Source: a virus
Virus record (IMG/VR): IMGVR_UViG_3300006734_000008
Location: 1 to 64,000 of that record
Reading direction: 5' to 3' (one strand)
DNA length: 64,000 nucleotides
Part shown: positions 46,008 through 55,935 of the stretch, piece by piece
Layout of the letters: each line of letters opens with the position of its first letter
How positions within the stretch are numbered: position 1 is the first letter of the stretch
The notes under the pieces: model-generated
What the model saw: only the letters and a program-made list of their open reading frames with translations
What the model was told of the DNA's origin: nothing
Databases searched by the model: none
Program-made: the position numbers and the translations under genes

Positions 46008-46973
46008 ATGAAAGACCAAATACTTAAGCGAATAACCCAGGAGGATATCTATGCCAGATACTTTCCTGATGAGATAGCACTCCAGACAAGGTATTGTAAT
46101 CCTACTAGAATTGATAAAAATCCAGATTGTTATTTTACATATATCAATGACAGATTGATGTTTGTAGATTTTGGGGGAGACCCTACACATATGGATTGTT
46201 TTAGGTTCATTCAAGAATACTTTGATATATCATTCTATGAGGTATTAACTATCATCTCTAAGGACTTTGGTCTAGGCTTACATAAAATTGAATCATTAGA
46301 TGAAGAAATTGTAACGCCTCAGACAAGAAAAAAACTTGTCCTGAACAAACCTACGCAAGTAGAGAAAGAGACAGTAATCAAAGTAGTGAATCAACCCTTT
46401 CAACGGGCTGATTTGGATTATTGGGCTCAATTTGGGATTAGCCTAGAGACATTAGTTAATTACAATGTCAGGGCTGTCTATCGCGCTTGGATTAATGGAG
46501 ACTTTTACCATGAATACAAAGCTTATGACCCAATGTATAGATACAAAGAACAAGATAAGTTCAAACTGTACAGACCATTGGCAGATAAACGTTATAAGTG
46601 GAGAACTAATATGTCAGGTGGCGTATTAGAAGGGTGGTCACAACTTCCTGATAAGGGCAATCTTCTGATTGTCACTAAGTCTAGGAAAGATGTGATGACT
46701 TTACATGAGTTAGGCTATGCTGCTGTAGCAGTTAGGTCTGAATCATCTCCTGTATCTGAAAATGCTGCAGCATTATTGAATCAGAGATTTGGTAAAATCA
46801 TTCTTTGGTTTGATAATGATAAAGCAGGTATTAAGTATTCAGACAAACTAAGTGATAAATATGGTTGGGAGACCATTAGTTTTCCAACTGGATTTCCAAA
46901 AGACCCGTCAGACTATGTTAAAGACTACGGGCAAACTGAACTTTTAAATTTCATTAAGAACATTTATGAATAA
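46008..46973 (+). CDS. DNA primase (TOPRIM domain)
   Basis: TOPRIM signature LLIVTKSRKD...E...ILWFDNDKAG; N-terminal Cys/His cluster. Confidence 0.55.
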   Translation: MKDQILKRITQEDIYARYFPDEIALQTRYCNPTRIDKNPDCYFTYINDRLMFVDFGGDPTHMDCFRFIQEYFDISFYEVLTIISKDFGLGLHKIESLDEEIVTPQTRKKLVLNKPTQVEKETVIKVVNQPFQRADLDYWAQFGISLETLVNYNVRAVYRAWINGDFYHEYKAYDPMYRYKEQDKFKLYRPLADKRYKWRTNMSGGVLEGWSQLPDKGNLLIVTKSRKDVMTLHELGYAAVAVRSESSPVSENAAALLNQRFGKIILWFDNDKAGIKYSDKLSDKYGWETISFPTGFPKDPSDYVKDYGQTELLNFIKNIYE

Positions 46974-47721
46974 TATATTCACATTAGGAGCAGACCCAGA
47001 AGCATTTCTGTATAATACAGACCTGGAGATGTATGTTCCTTCCGAGTTGTATTTTCATGGCACTAAGGATGAGCCAGAAGATTTAGCACCAGGCTATGCC
47101 GTATTATGTGATAATCTAATGGTTGAATTTAACATCCCGCCAGCAAGTACAAAGTTGGATTTTGTAGCTAATTTGAACCAAGCTATTGAATTTATCCAAC
47201 AAAAACTACCAGAAGAGGTAGAAATCAGGTTCAACAACTCGGCAGTGTTCAGTGATAAAGCATTGCAATTCCCAACAGCTAATATGTTTGGATGTGCTCC
47301 ACAAGAGAACATGTACAACATTATGCTGTTATGTCCCGATGACTTCCCACCAAACGTGAGATTTGCAGGTGGACATATTCATGTAGGAATGAAGATTAAT
47401 AATCTCAAAAAGATGATTAAGCTCTTTGACCTGCATATTGGATTGCCTTTGGCTGCTGCTGAACCTCGTACAGAACTCTCTAGGAGAGATATCTATGGTG
47501 CTCCAGGCACTTATAGAACTACCTCTTATGGTTTTGAGTATCGCACCCCTTCATGTGAATGGTTACAAAGTAACGACAAGATTGAGTGGGTATGGGATAG
47601 TGTGGAGAGGATTGTCGAAGACTACCACAATGAAGGAATATTTTTACCTGATGACAATGAAGTCTTTCAGGCATTTGAACAGCCAGAATTGGCTAGGGAA
47701 TTAATTGCAGATTACGCATGA
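46966..47721 (+). CDS. GS-like carboxylate-amine ligase (amidoligase-type) protein
   Basis: E-x-E-like NLMVEFN, GGHIHVG (H-x-H), GFEYRTP (E-x-R) as in glutamine-synthetase/GCS2-like amidoligases. Confidence 0.4.
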   Translation: MNNIFTLGADPEAFLYNTDLEMYVPSELYFHGTKDEPEDLAPGYAVLCDNLMVEFNIPPASTKLDFVANLNQAIEFIQQKLPEEVEIRFNNSAVFSDKALQFPTANMFGCAPQENMYNIMLLCPDDFPPNVRFAGGHIHVGMKINNLKKMIKLFDLHIGLPLAAAEPRTELSRRDIYGAPGTYRTTSYGFEYRTPSCEWLQSNDKIEWVWDSVERIVEDYHNEGIFLPDDNEVFQAFEQPELARELIADYA

Positions 47722-48071
47722 GAATTGCTGTATATGGAACACTGCGAAGAGGTTGGGGAAACAATCGCTTATTAGCAGACTCAAAGTTTGTTGACGCAGG
47801 AAAAACAAAGGAGAAGTATACTATGTATGCTAGTGGGATACCTTTTGTATCATCACATAAGCCTACATCTAATATTCATGTAGAAGTATTCGATGTTCCT
47901 GAAGAAGATGTACCAAGAGTAGATGGGTTAGAGGGACACCCAAATTGGTATCAAAGAAGACCCATACAAGTAATACTTGATTCTGGAGAAGAAACAACTG
48001 CAGAATTGTATTTTATGGATGGAGAAAGAGGTCTCCCTGTTGTAGAAAGTGGAAACTATGAAGACGCCTAA
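47718..48071 (+). CDS. gamma-glutamyl cyclotransferase-like (AIG2/GGCT fold) protein
   Basis: N-terminal IAVYGTLRRGWGNN matches YGSL-x-x-G-x-x-N GGCT signature; 117 aa. Confidence 0.55.
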   Translation: MRIAVYGTLRRGWGNNRLLADSKFVDAGKTKEKYTMYASGIPFVSSHKPTSNIHVEVFDVPEEDVPRVDGLEGHPNWYQRRPIQVILDSGEETTAELYFMDGERGLPVVESGNYEDA

Positions 48072-48879
48072 ATTTAAATACGTTAGAATACGTTCAAGAC
48101 ACCCATCACATGAAGTTTTAAGAAAGAATCCTTCCTTAAGATTTGATGGAAAGTCTGTATTTCGTCTTGGCAGCACTACGCAGGTAGATGTTCCTCACGA
48201 AATCAATACCGTTGAAGCTGTTAAAGTATCTTCAAATAAACTGAAGATGAAAGAAGCTTTCAAGAATGGTAAGATACAAAGCCCAAAGATGTACACCATT
48301 ACAGACCCTTTTAATACTGCTGAGATTGAAAAATATCCATTAGTAGCTAAGAAAGTTCTTGGTAGTAGGGGACGGGGTATGCAGTTCATTGAGAATGAAG
48401 AGCAATTACTACAATTCTTTAATGGTAATACTCAAGGATACTACTTAGAGCAATACTTTTCAGGAGCTAGAGAGTATCGTTTACATGTTTCAGCACTTGG
48501 ATGCTTCTATGCTTGCCGTAAGCTTAGAAAATCTGATGCTGAAGAGAGATGGTATTTCAATTCAAACAACTGTATCTGGGCTACAGAGAAAGAACAAGAG
48601 TTGGATGAGGATGGGAATTTCGTAAAATTCACTAATGTGGATTCTGAACAATTCAATAAACCAACTACTTGGTGCCAAATTGTAGCACAATCACAGAAAG
48701 CTTTATCTGCGGTAGGGCTTGATGTCGGAGCAGTTGATGTTAGAGTTAACACTAAAGGAGACTTTCAAATCTTGGAGACTAATTCAGCTCCTTCATTTGG
48801 TGAGAAGACTACTTTGATGTATCTCGAACACTTACCGCAACTCATGAATCATAAATACGGACTCAATCACAAATCATAA
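48049..48879 (+). CDS. ATP-grasp ligase (RimK/glutathione-synthetase-like)
   Basis: YPLVAKKVLGSRGRGMQFI (K-x-x-GS-x-G), E-x-N-type C-terminal motifs LETNSAPSF. Confidence 0.55.
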   Translation: METMKTPKFKYVRIRSRHPSHEVLRKNPSLRFDGKSVFRLGSTTQVDVPHEINTVEAVKVSSNKLKMKEAFKNGKIQSPKMYTITDPFNTAEIEKYPLVAKKVLGSRGRGMQFIENEEQLLQFFNGNTQGYYLEQYFSGAREYRLHVSALGCFYACRKLRKSDAEERWYFNSNNCIWATEKEQELDEDGNFVKFTNVDSEQFNKPTTWCQIVAQSQKALSAVGLDVGAVDVRVNTKGDFQILETNSAPSFGEKTTLMYLEHLPQLMNHKYGLNHKS

Positions 48880-50921
48880 TGTTAAGTTTATTTATCTTTG
48901 CTTTTGCCTTAGTGAATTTTATTTCACTCCTAATATTTAAGGGTAAGAGTAATGTGTTAAGTTGCGGATTAGGCGCATATAATGGTAAAGTAAAGCCAAA
49001 CGAACTCCTTCTCAAAGTTATTGGACAATACAATGAAGAAAGAGGTATACACTCTTGCGGAATTGCTGTCAACAATTTCATTGATGTAGGAGTAGGAAGT
49101 ATTGCACGTTTTAGGAATTTTGTCAAAGACTTTGACTTTCCTAAGATGACAAAGACCTTCAATGTAATCCTTCACACAAGGAAAGCAACTGTAGGTGCAC
49201 ACACTAAAGAGAATGCCCACCCTTTTGGGTTTGGGTGTGATACTGATGACCCAGAAGTTCCAGATGAAGAGGTTGGATACAACTTTATTGGAGCACATAA
49301 TGGAAGTCTCATAGACTGGAGAGACCTTACAAAGGATATTGAAATTCCTGAAGAGGTAACAGTCAATATGGATTCACAAGCTCTCCTTTACCGCTTATAT
49401 CATGATAAGAACTACAAGGTTCTGTCTGAGTATAAAGGAGCTGCAGCTCTTATCTTCTATAACTCGAATAATCCTGATAGGCTCTATGCCTTTAAGGGGG
49501 CAGCGGGTGATGATGAAGAAAGACCGCTGTACTATGTTCAGTATGTGAATAGTAGAGGTAAGGTTACTGGTGTATATCTATCTTCTATGAAAGAACCATT
49601 TGAGTTCGCTGGACTTAAAGACATCAAAGAAGTTCCTAACAACACTATCCTTACTTTTGAAGGTGGTGAAGTTATCAATGAGCTTAAAGTAAAAAGAGGC
49701 AAGGAATTAAGTACAGCATATGCTCGTAACAGTACAGCTGTAACAACAACTCCTTCTACGAGAACTAATGCCAGAGTTTCTCATTCAGGAGCACGTCAAA
49801 TTCCTATCAGCACTTTCACAGGTTCAGCCAAGGCTCATCAACTTCTTTTAACCCCAAACGAATATTTCGTGGGCAGCCATATCGTAGGCGGAAAGATTTA
49901 TTACCGTTGCGGACGTTACTTCCGTAATGGTCATTTAATCAATGGTATATGGCTTCTTCGCGAAGATGGTGAACAACTTGGATGGTATATGACTCAAGCT
50001 GTAGCCAATAAAGGTTTGAGGGATTTCCGCAAAAAGTACAATAAGAATAAGAAGAAGGATAAACTCAATGCTTCACTATATTACTTTGCAAAAGGTATTA
50101 TGTGTAAGGACTTTGAGGCCATGAATGATGCTAATGCAATGTTAGATGAGAATAGTACACGTTTAGGTGATTTATCTAAATGTTCGATATATCCCATCAC
50201 CTTTGTAGCATCAACTAATGATAACTATAGAGTATCTTCTTATCCTGCTTGGGACGGTAAACTAACTTTCAGTGCTAAGTTTAAGCCAGAATTTAGTTTA
50301 TACACCTTTGAGTACAATAATGGATACTTGGTAGATGTACAACCTGTGGACAGTAGAACTCCTTTCTTTGAAACTTTCTTAAAAGGAATGGATTTGAATA
50401 AAAAAACTAAGGCTTCCTTAGATTTCAAAGACATTTTTTCAGAATTGTTAGAGCCAAAAAAGGAGAAGCCCGTAGAGAAGAAGACACCTACGACTTCTGG
50501 GCAGAACTCTACGGATGGTATGCTCCAACAGTCTTCAGAGCTTAGTGCAGAAGAGGAGAAAGCAGCTCAGGAGCGTGTTGATGCCCTTATCAATGAGAGT
50601 TGGGATAAGTTCACAGAGACTACAAACTCTGATTGGACAGATATGGACGAAATTGCCATTGCACAAAGTCTTGACCAAGCTGAACAGCTAGTTCAAACTT
50701 ATGCAGAAGGTATGGGTCTATTTGAACCTGACCAAGTAGGTTATGAGATTAGTACAAAGCTTTTAGAAGCAGCGTATTATATAGCCAAGAAAGTTCAAGA
50801 GATTGGAGATGACTGTGGGTATGTATTTACTGATACAGAAACAGACCAACTTAAGTTAATTATCATGTCATATGAAATTTTAGAACATGTCGAAGGAAAC
50901 AAATTCAAAGAAGATAAGTAA
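48879..50921 (+). CDS. class-II (Ntn) glutamine amidotransferase domain protein with about 400-aa C-terminal extension
   Basis: SCG near N-terminus, ILHTRKATVG...ENAHPF and GAHNGSLID matching PurF/GlmS/AsnB glutaminase motifs; N-terminal 27 aa hydrophobic, true start uncertain (propeptide or misassigned). Confidence 0.5.
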   Translation: MLSLFIFAFALVNFISLLIFKGKSNVLSCGLGAYNGKVKPNELLLKVIGQYNEERGIHSCGIAVNNFIDVGVGSIARFRNFVKDFDFPKMTKTFNVILHTRKATVGAHTKENAHPFGFGCDTDDPEVPDEEVGYNFIGAHNGSLIDWRDLTKDIEIPEEVTVNMDSQALLYRLYHDKNYKVLSEYKGAAALIFYNSNNPDRLYAFKGAAGDDEERPLYYVQYVNSRGKVTGVYLSSMKEPFEFAGLKDIKEVPNNTILTFEGGEVINELKVKRGKELSTAYARNSTAVTTTPSTRTNARVSHSGARQIPISTFTGSAKAHQLLLTPNEYFVGSHIVGGKIYYRCGRYFRNGHLINGIWLLREDGEQLGWYMTQAVANKGLRDFRKKYNKNKKKDKLNASLYYFAKGIMCKDFEAMNDANAMLDENSTRLGDLSKCSIYPITFVASTNDNYRVSSYPAWDGKLTFSAKFKPEFSLYTFEYNNGYLVDVQPVDSRTPFFETFLKGMDLNKKTKASLDFKDIFSELLEPKKEKPVEKKTPTTSGQNSTDGMLQQSSELSAEEEKAAQERVDALINESWDKFTETTNSDWTDMDEIAIAQSLDQAEQLVQTYAEGMGLFEPDQVGYEISTKLLEAAYYIAKKVQEIGDDCGYVFTDTETDQLKLIIMSYEILEHVEGNKFKEDK

Positions 50922-52758
50922 GCTCACAAAAGTGGAAGCCTATGACCAAAATATGAATCTACAAAAGGTTCCAAGGTCTGAAACTAGGTTTATCAAGGGA
51001 GCATACTATATCATTGACAAAGGATGTGTTCTGATGTCAGATGGTCAATGGTACAGAGTAAATCATCCTAATATAATCTTTGATGAGGCAACTGGTACAT
51101 TTAAATTCTTTCAGGATACTGCTGCCAGACCTTACATCAAAGACTTTGTGGATGGTAAATATGTGATTGCATATAGTAGTAAAATACCAACGAATGCTGC
51201 AGATAATATTTTTGATTTGTATTATGGTGGAAACTTTGGTAATACTACTGGAATGAATAGTGTTTACATTGCAAAGGTTATAAAACCAATGTTCCATGAT
51301 GAACAGGTTCAGAAGATGTGTGATTGTTATGGTAGAAGAATTGAAATTTATGTTCTTCCTATAGCAAGTGAAGCAGTCGAAAAATCTGGAGCTATCAAGG
51401 AACCTCGCAATGGATTCTATGTTCCAGCACTTCCAAAAATTGTAAGAAGGTTATTCAGAAAACCTACTCGCAACCAAGGAAACATCTACACAAAAGCGTT
51501 ACAGTATAATGTTTCAACTTCTGAATATTACAGGAAGAAGGCTGAGGCAGGTTATGCAGCTAACACTTTGACACCAAGTAAAACTCTTTTAGAGGTTGCA
51601 GAACATTTACAAGGTCGTACATTTGGTGTAGAGATTGAAACAGTGTCTGGACAAATCCCAGAAGATACTTTAGCTAAGTTAGGATTTCTTCCACTAAGAG
51701 ATGGCTCTCTGGATGGTGGTATTGAGTATACCTCAATTCCATTTTCAGGAGCTAAAGGTCTTGCAGTTATGAAAAAATTCTATACTGAGATACAGAATCT
51801 CTGTAGAGTAAATGAGATGTGCTCTTTCCACGTTCACTTCGGTGGATTTGAAAGAAGTAAACTCAATGCTCTCACACTGTACAAACTGTGCTACAGACTG
51901 CAGGAGGAAATGTTTGATATGATTCCACCATACAAAAAAGATTATAGATATTGGACAAGTAAGAGACAGACAAAAGACCATTGTCAATCTTTGAAAAGCT
52001 TGAATCTGAATCTTGACCGTATTGATACAAACAAGGCAAGAATGAAAGTAGAGTTTAACAAATTCTTTGAGTTCTTGACTGAAGGTTCTAAGGAGAATCA
52101 ACGTTTCAATTGGGATAACAGACATTCTCCTAAAGAGGGGGCAAACAAATGGAATCTTAATTCCAGATACTTCTGGGTTAATTTCTTACCGTATGCCTTC
52201 CTTCCTCAAGAGACTGTAGAGTTCAGAATCTTCAATTCTCCAATGGATTTTAACACAGCTCTGAATTACTTACTCATTTCCAATGCTATTCTATCTTATG
52301 TAGAAGACCACGGAGATATTGTAAGGGACAATAGAGAGAAAATTACATTGGAAGATGTAATCAGTTCTGCATATCCTGAGGCTTTTGCTAACAAAATCCT
52401 TGATTTTATCAATGACAAACGTCAGCAATACCATAAGGATTTCATCGGTGATAATATCTATGCTGAAATTGAAAGGTCTAATGCTCCATATGAAATTGAT
52501 AATCTTAGTGATGCTCAATTAGATAAGAGAATTAAACTTCTCCAAAATCTACCGCCTGAGGTTGAACCTGAAAGGGAAGCTCCTCAGAGAATGAGACCAC
52601 AAAGATTTGCAGTAAATATGGAGGCAATTCGTATAAATGCAGAAGAGGCTTTTCACCGTGTGGAAAGAGAGAATGCAGAACTAAGAGAGCAACAAAGGGT
52701 TAATCAAAATCAAGTAAATCAAGATGATTTTGGCATCTTTGATATAAACGATGAGTAA
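50887..52758 (+). CDS. GS-like amidoligase family protein (large)
   Basis: GVEIETVSG (E-x-E), CSFHVHFGG (H-x-H), central fold features resembling Amidoligase_2/glutamine-synthetase-like enzymes; 623 aa. Confidence 0.4.
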   Translation: MSKETNSKKISKLTKVEAYDQNMNLQKVPRSETRFIKGAYYIIDKGCVLMSDGQWYRVNHPNIIFDEATGTFKFFQDTAARPYIKDFVDGKYVIAYSSKIPTNAADNIFDLYYGGNFGNTTGMNSVYIAKVIKPMFHDEQVQKMCDCYGRRIEIYVLPIASEAVEKSGAIKEPRNGFYVPALPKIVRRLFRKPTRNQGNIYTKALQYNVSTSEYYRKKAEAGYAANTLTPSKTLLEVAEHLQGRTFGVEIETVSGQIPEDTLAKLGFLPLRDGSLDGGIEYTSIPFSGAKGLAVMKKFYTEIQNLCRVNEMCSFHVHFGGFERSKLNALTLYKLCYRLQEEMFDMIPPYKKDYRYWTSKRQTKDHCQSLKSLNLNLDRIDTNKARMKVEFNKFFEFLTEGSKENQRFNWDNRHSPKEGANKWNLNSRYFWVNFLPYAFLPQETVEFRIFNSPMDFNTALNYLLISNAILSYVEDHGDIVRDNREKITLEDVISSAYPEAFANKILDFINDKRQQYHKDFIGDNIYAEIERSNAPYEIDNLSDAQLDKRIKLLQNLPPEVEPEREAPQRMRPQRFAVNMEAIRINAEEAFHRVERENAELREQQRVNQNQVNQDDFGIFDINDE

Positions 52759-53710
52759 GGAGTATTACGAAAGTGAGTCAGTTTCACAGACTAGACTCAA
52801 GAAAATTTGTAATCATCCAATGTCATATAAACTATATAATCCATTTGGGGAGAGTTCAGCTTTAACGCTGGGCTCCCTCGTGGATTGTATTCTTCTAACT
52901 CCTAATGAGCTAGAGGAAAGATTTATTGAGCTAGAGGATAACAGTATACCTACAGCAATAAAGTCTATATGGGATGAATTTTACGAACACTGTGAAGTAC
53001 TGGGAAATTTTGACTATCAAGGAGTCATTGAAGAGGAGCTTCTACATAACATTATTGAAGCTCAAGGATACAGACTAAAGAATAAAAGAGCTACTAGGCT
53101 TAAGTTTGTAATAGACAATGCACAATACTTTGAGAATAAAGTCAAAGCCCGAGGAAAAACTGTTATAGATAGTGAAACTTTAGCTAAGGCACATGAGATT
53201 TGTGAGTCTATCATGAATCATCCTTTTACAAGTCATGTGATACCATCAGCTACAGAAACACAAGTAGCTATCTATTGGAGATTCAAAGACTATGATATTG
53301 AATTAAAGTCTCTTCTTGATTTCATTGAAATTGATGAAGAGAACAAAACAATTCAACCATGGGATTTGAAGACTACTGCTGGTTATACCAGTAAGTTTCA
53401 TGAAGCTATTTATAAATTTAGGTATGACTTCCAAGCTGCTTTCTATACTGCAGCATTGATGTTTGCATATCCAGACTATACAATTTTACCATTTAAGATT
53501 CTCGTAGAAAGCACTACTCGTATAGGTGCTCCTATGATATACACACTATCAGATGAAGCTCTCAAAGTAGGAGCTTTTGGTGGCGAAATAGATGGTGTAT
53601 ATTATGAAGGATGGATGAATTGCCTTGATACTTTGGCATGGCATTTAAAAGAAAACGTTTGGGATTATCCTAAGTTTGAGTACGAACAAAAGGGACAAGT
53701 CACAATATGA
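52751..53710 (+). CDS. putative PD-(D/E)xK exonuclease (YqaJ/lambda-exo-like)
   Basis: D...IEIDEE...WDLKT pattern consistent with D-x(n)-E/D-x-K core; 319 aa. Confidence 0.3.
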   Translation: MSKEYYESESVSQTRLKKICNHPMSYKLYNPFGESSALTLGSLVDCILLTPNELEERFIELEDNSIPTAIKSIWDEFYEHCEVLGNFDYQGVIEEELLHNIIEAQGYRLKNKRATRLKFVIDNAQYFENKVKARGKTVIDSETLAKAHEICESIMNHPFTSHVIPSATETQVAIYWRFKDYDIELKSLLDFIEIDEENKTIQPWDLKTTAGYTSKFHEAIYKFRYDFQAAFYTAALMFAYPDYTILPFKILVESTTRIGAPMIYTLSDEALKVGAFGGEIDGVYYEGWMNCLDTLAWHLKENVWDYPKFEYEQKGQVTI

Positions 53711-54237
53711 GTGAATGGAATAAAACTTCTAAATTCTTAACTCCTACTATAATCTCTACAGGAGAAGGTAAAGAATTTTCACTAAATGGATTACAACAAC
53801 TAGGGCTGGAAAATGTATACCTAGATGATTTTGGTTTAGTCCATTTCGATTGGAAGTGGTATCATGAACCAGAAGCTTACTATCTTTATTGTGTGTTTAA
53901 TGTAGATTCTCTTGAAGATTTTGCATCTATTGAAGAAACTCTTAGGAGTTTTGACAATTGGACAGACTACTATGATGTTGATGACTCTACAGTTGTCCAT
54001 ATATTCAAAGTAGCATCTAGATATAACAATGATGTAGAAAGATTTAGAAAAGGTCAGTACTCTAAATTCTCTCAAGCCTTAAAAGACAAGTACAATTCCG
54101 AATTAGCAAAGGGAATTGTTAATAAAAGTGAGGCTACGAGAAGATTAATGAGTGAAATTTATGGAGTAGATATTCCAGAAAACCAGGAATATATGTCTAT
54201 TCCCACAGAAAAAGATGAGATTTTCAGATATGAATAG
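53707..54237 (+). CDS. hypothetical protein
   Basis: 176-aa ORF. Confidence 0.4.
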   Translation: MSEWNKTSKFLTPTIISTGEGKEFSLNGLQQLGLENVYLDDFGLVHFDWKWYHEPEAYYLYCVFNVDSLEDFASIEETLRSFDNWTDYYDVDDSTVVHIFKVASRYNNDVERFRKGQYSKFSQALKDKYNSELAKGIVNKSEATRRLMSEIYGVDIPENQEYMSIPTEKDEIFRYE

Positions 54238-54343
54238 AGTAACAAAACAAACCCTACAAACAATTGCAGTAGGTCTATTAGCATTTGCCATCATTTTAGC
54301 TGGTATTTTGTACATAGCGTAAGTTTAATTAACATGAAGAAGA

Positions 54344-54799
54344 ATGAAAACACTATTTCTTTCGCTGCTGTTGGCAGTGGGTATCATGTGTTCTGCCCAA
54401 GTAAGGGTCCATGAATACCAAGACGCAAGTGTTGATGTAGTATTTAACTCTGGAGGAGAACAGATGCTGCATTACACTTACAATCAAGGATTTTTCCACA
54501 ACAATCTGTTTGGATTTAACTATAGGGTCTCCTATGGTGCATCCACAACATTGCAAGACCAATTTTGGTTTCAGGCAGGTATTCAATACAAGCTTGACAA
54601 GAAGCTATCTCCATACGGGCAGACCTTAACCCTGTATCCCTTATGGTTTAGAGGCTACATTGGCTCAGATTATGAGACACCAATAGGCTTAGCATACGGA
54701 TATTATGGACATCCTCACTTCAAAATAGATTTTATGGTGAATTATCATGACTACGGTTTGGATTATTCACTAAGATTAGCTAAATTTGTAAAGTGGTAA
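54344..54799 (+). CDS. secreted beta-rich protein, outer-membrane beta-barrel-like
   Basis: Signal peptide MKTLFLSLLLAVGIMCSAQ, alternating aromatic/polar beta-strand pattern, C-terminal ...FVKW. Confidence 0.4.
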   Translation: MKTLFLSLLLAVGIMCSAQVRVHEYQDASVDVVFNSGGEQMLHYTYNQGFFHNNLFGFNYRVSYGASTTLQDQFWFQAGIQYKLDKKLSPYGQTLTLYPLWFRGYIGSDYETPIGLAYGYYGHPHFKIDFMVNYHDYGLDYSLRLAKFVKW

Positions 54800-54920
54800 T
54801 GTTATTATTATTCACAACACTATTAGCAATTGAATTTTTCCTATCTCCTAGATTTGACAAGACCGAAGAAGGTTGGATTCTTTGGTATGGTGGAAAGGAC
54901 AACAGAAAATACGTCAAATT

Positions 54921-55640
54921 ATGAGTAGGCGATTTGTGATTGGAGACATTCATGGGGGGCTTCGTGCCCTCCATCAGTGTCTAGAGCGAGCTGGAGTAAA
55001 TCCAGAAGAAGATCAACTAATCTTTCTCGGAGATTATGTAGACGGTTGGTCTGAGTCAGCAGAGTTAATTCAATTCTTAATTGAACTTCCTGGTGACCAC
55101 ATATTCCTTAAGGGTAATCACGACCAATGGTGTCACGACTGGCTTCATATGGGGAAACAACCTCTAATATGGACTAAACAAGGTGGTCAAGCTACTATTG
55201 ATTCGTATATCAGAACTGGATACATCAATGATGACCATAGAATTTTTTTCAGAAAGCTCCACAACTATTATATAGACGACCAAAACAGAGGTTTTGTACA
55301 TGGTGGATTTCGTTCTAGAAAAGGTCTTGGTCATGAAGCATATACATCAGATTACTACTGGGATAGAGACTTATGGTCTTTGGCTCAGTTTGCAGAAGGT
55401 GCTGATTTACACGCACTTATGGAGCATGAAAAGAGATTTACCAAACACAAGGAAATCTTTATAGGACATACTAGTACAATAAACTGGAATAGAACTGACC
55501 CTATACATGCAGCAAATGTGTGGAATCTAGATACAGGTGCTGGCTTTTCTGGTAAGCTGACCATCATGGATGTTAATACTAAAGAATATTGGCAAAGTGA
55601 ACTCGTTAAAGAGTTATACCCAGACGAACATGGTAGATAA
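54921..55640 (+). CDS. Ser/Thr protein phosphatase (lambda PPase/ApaH-like metallophosphoesterase)
   Basis: GDIHG, GDYVDGW, GNHD motifs; start set at MSRRF (54921). Confidence 0.6.
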   Translation: MSRRFVIGDIHGGLRALHQCLERAGVNPEEDQLIFLGDYVDGWSESAELIQFLIELPGDHIFLKGNHDQWCHDWLHMGKQPLIWTKQGGQATIDSYIRTGYINDDHRIFFRKLHNYYIDDQNRGFVHGGFRSRKGLGHEAYTSDYYWDRDLWSLAQFAEGADLHALMEHEKRFTKHKEIFIGHTSTINWNRTDPIHAANVWNLDTGAGFSGKLTIMDVNTKEYWQSELVKELYPDEHGR

Positions 55641-55935
55641 AATAATTAATGCACCTATGACTTGGTGTGCAGAATATTCTGAAGCCCCAACAGAGGTAGA
55701 AATCATACTATCTAAAAAAGATATTAAAGAAATCAAACGATTGAGTAAGTATGCTCAAAAGAATAAGGTTGATATCTTATATCAGTTGTATGATAGTAAT
55801 TGGCAAGGGAACTTTAAATCAGACTGGAGCTATCTTAAAATTATGGAATATGGAAATTTCTTCTTTGTTATACATAATAAGTATGATGTTAGTGATTTTG
55901 CAGAGTATGAGATTGAAAATCATTATATATCATGA
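55630..55935 (+). CDS. hypothetical protein
   Basis: ATG 55630 overlapping phosphatase stop. Confidence 0.3.
   Translation: MVDKIINAPMTWCAEYSEAPTEVEIILSKKDIKEIKRLSKYAQKNKVDILYQLYDSNWQGNFKSDWSYLKIMEYGNFFFVIHNKYDVSDFAEYEIENHYIS

Noticed and set aside
48879-48960. Hydrophobic 27-aa N-terminus of the GAT-II ORF as a signal peptide
   Set aside because: Class-II GATases need an N-terminal Cys; this stretch is more likely a propeptide or a mis-assigned start than a secretion signal
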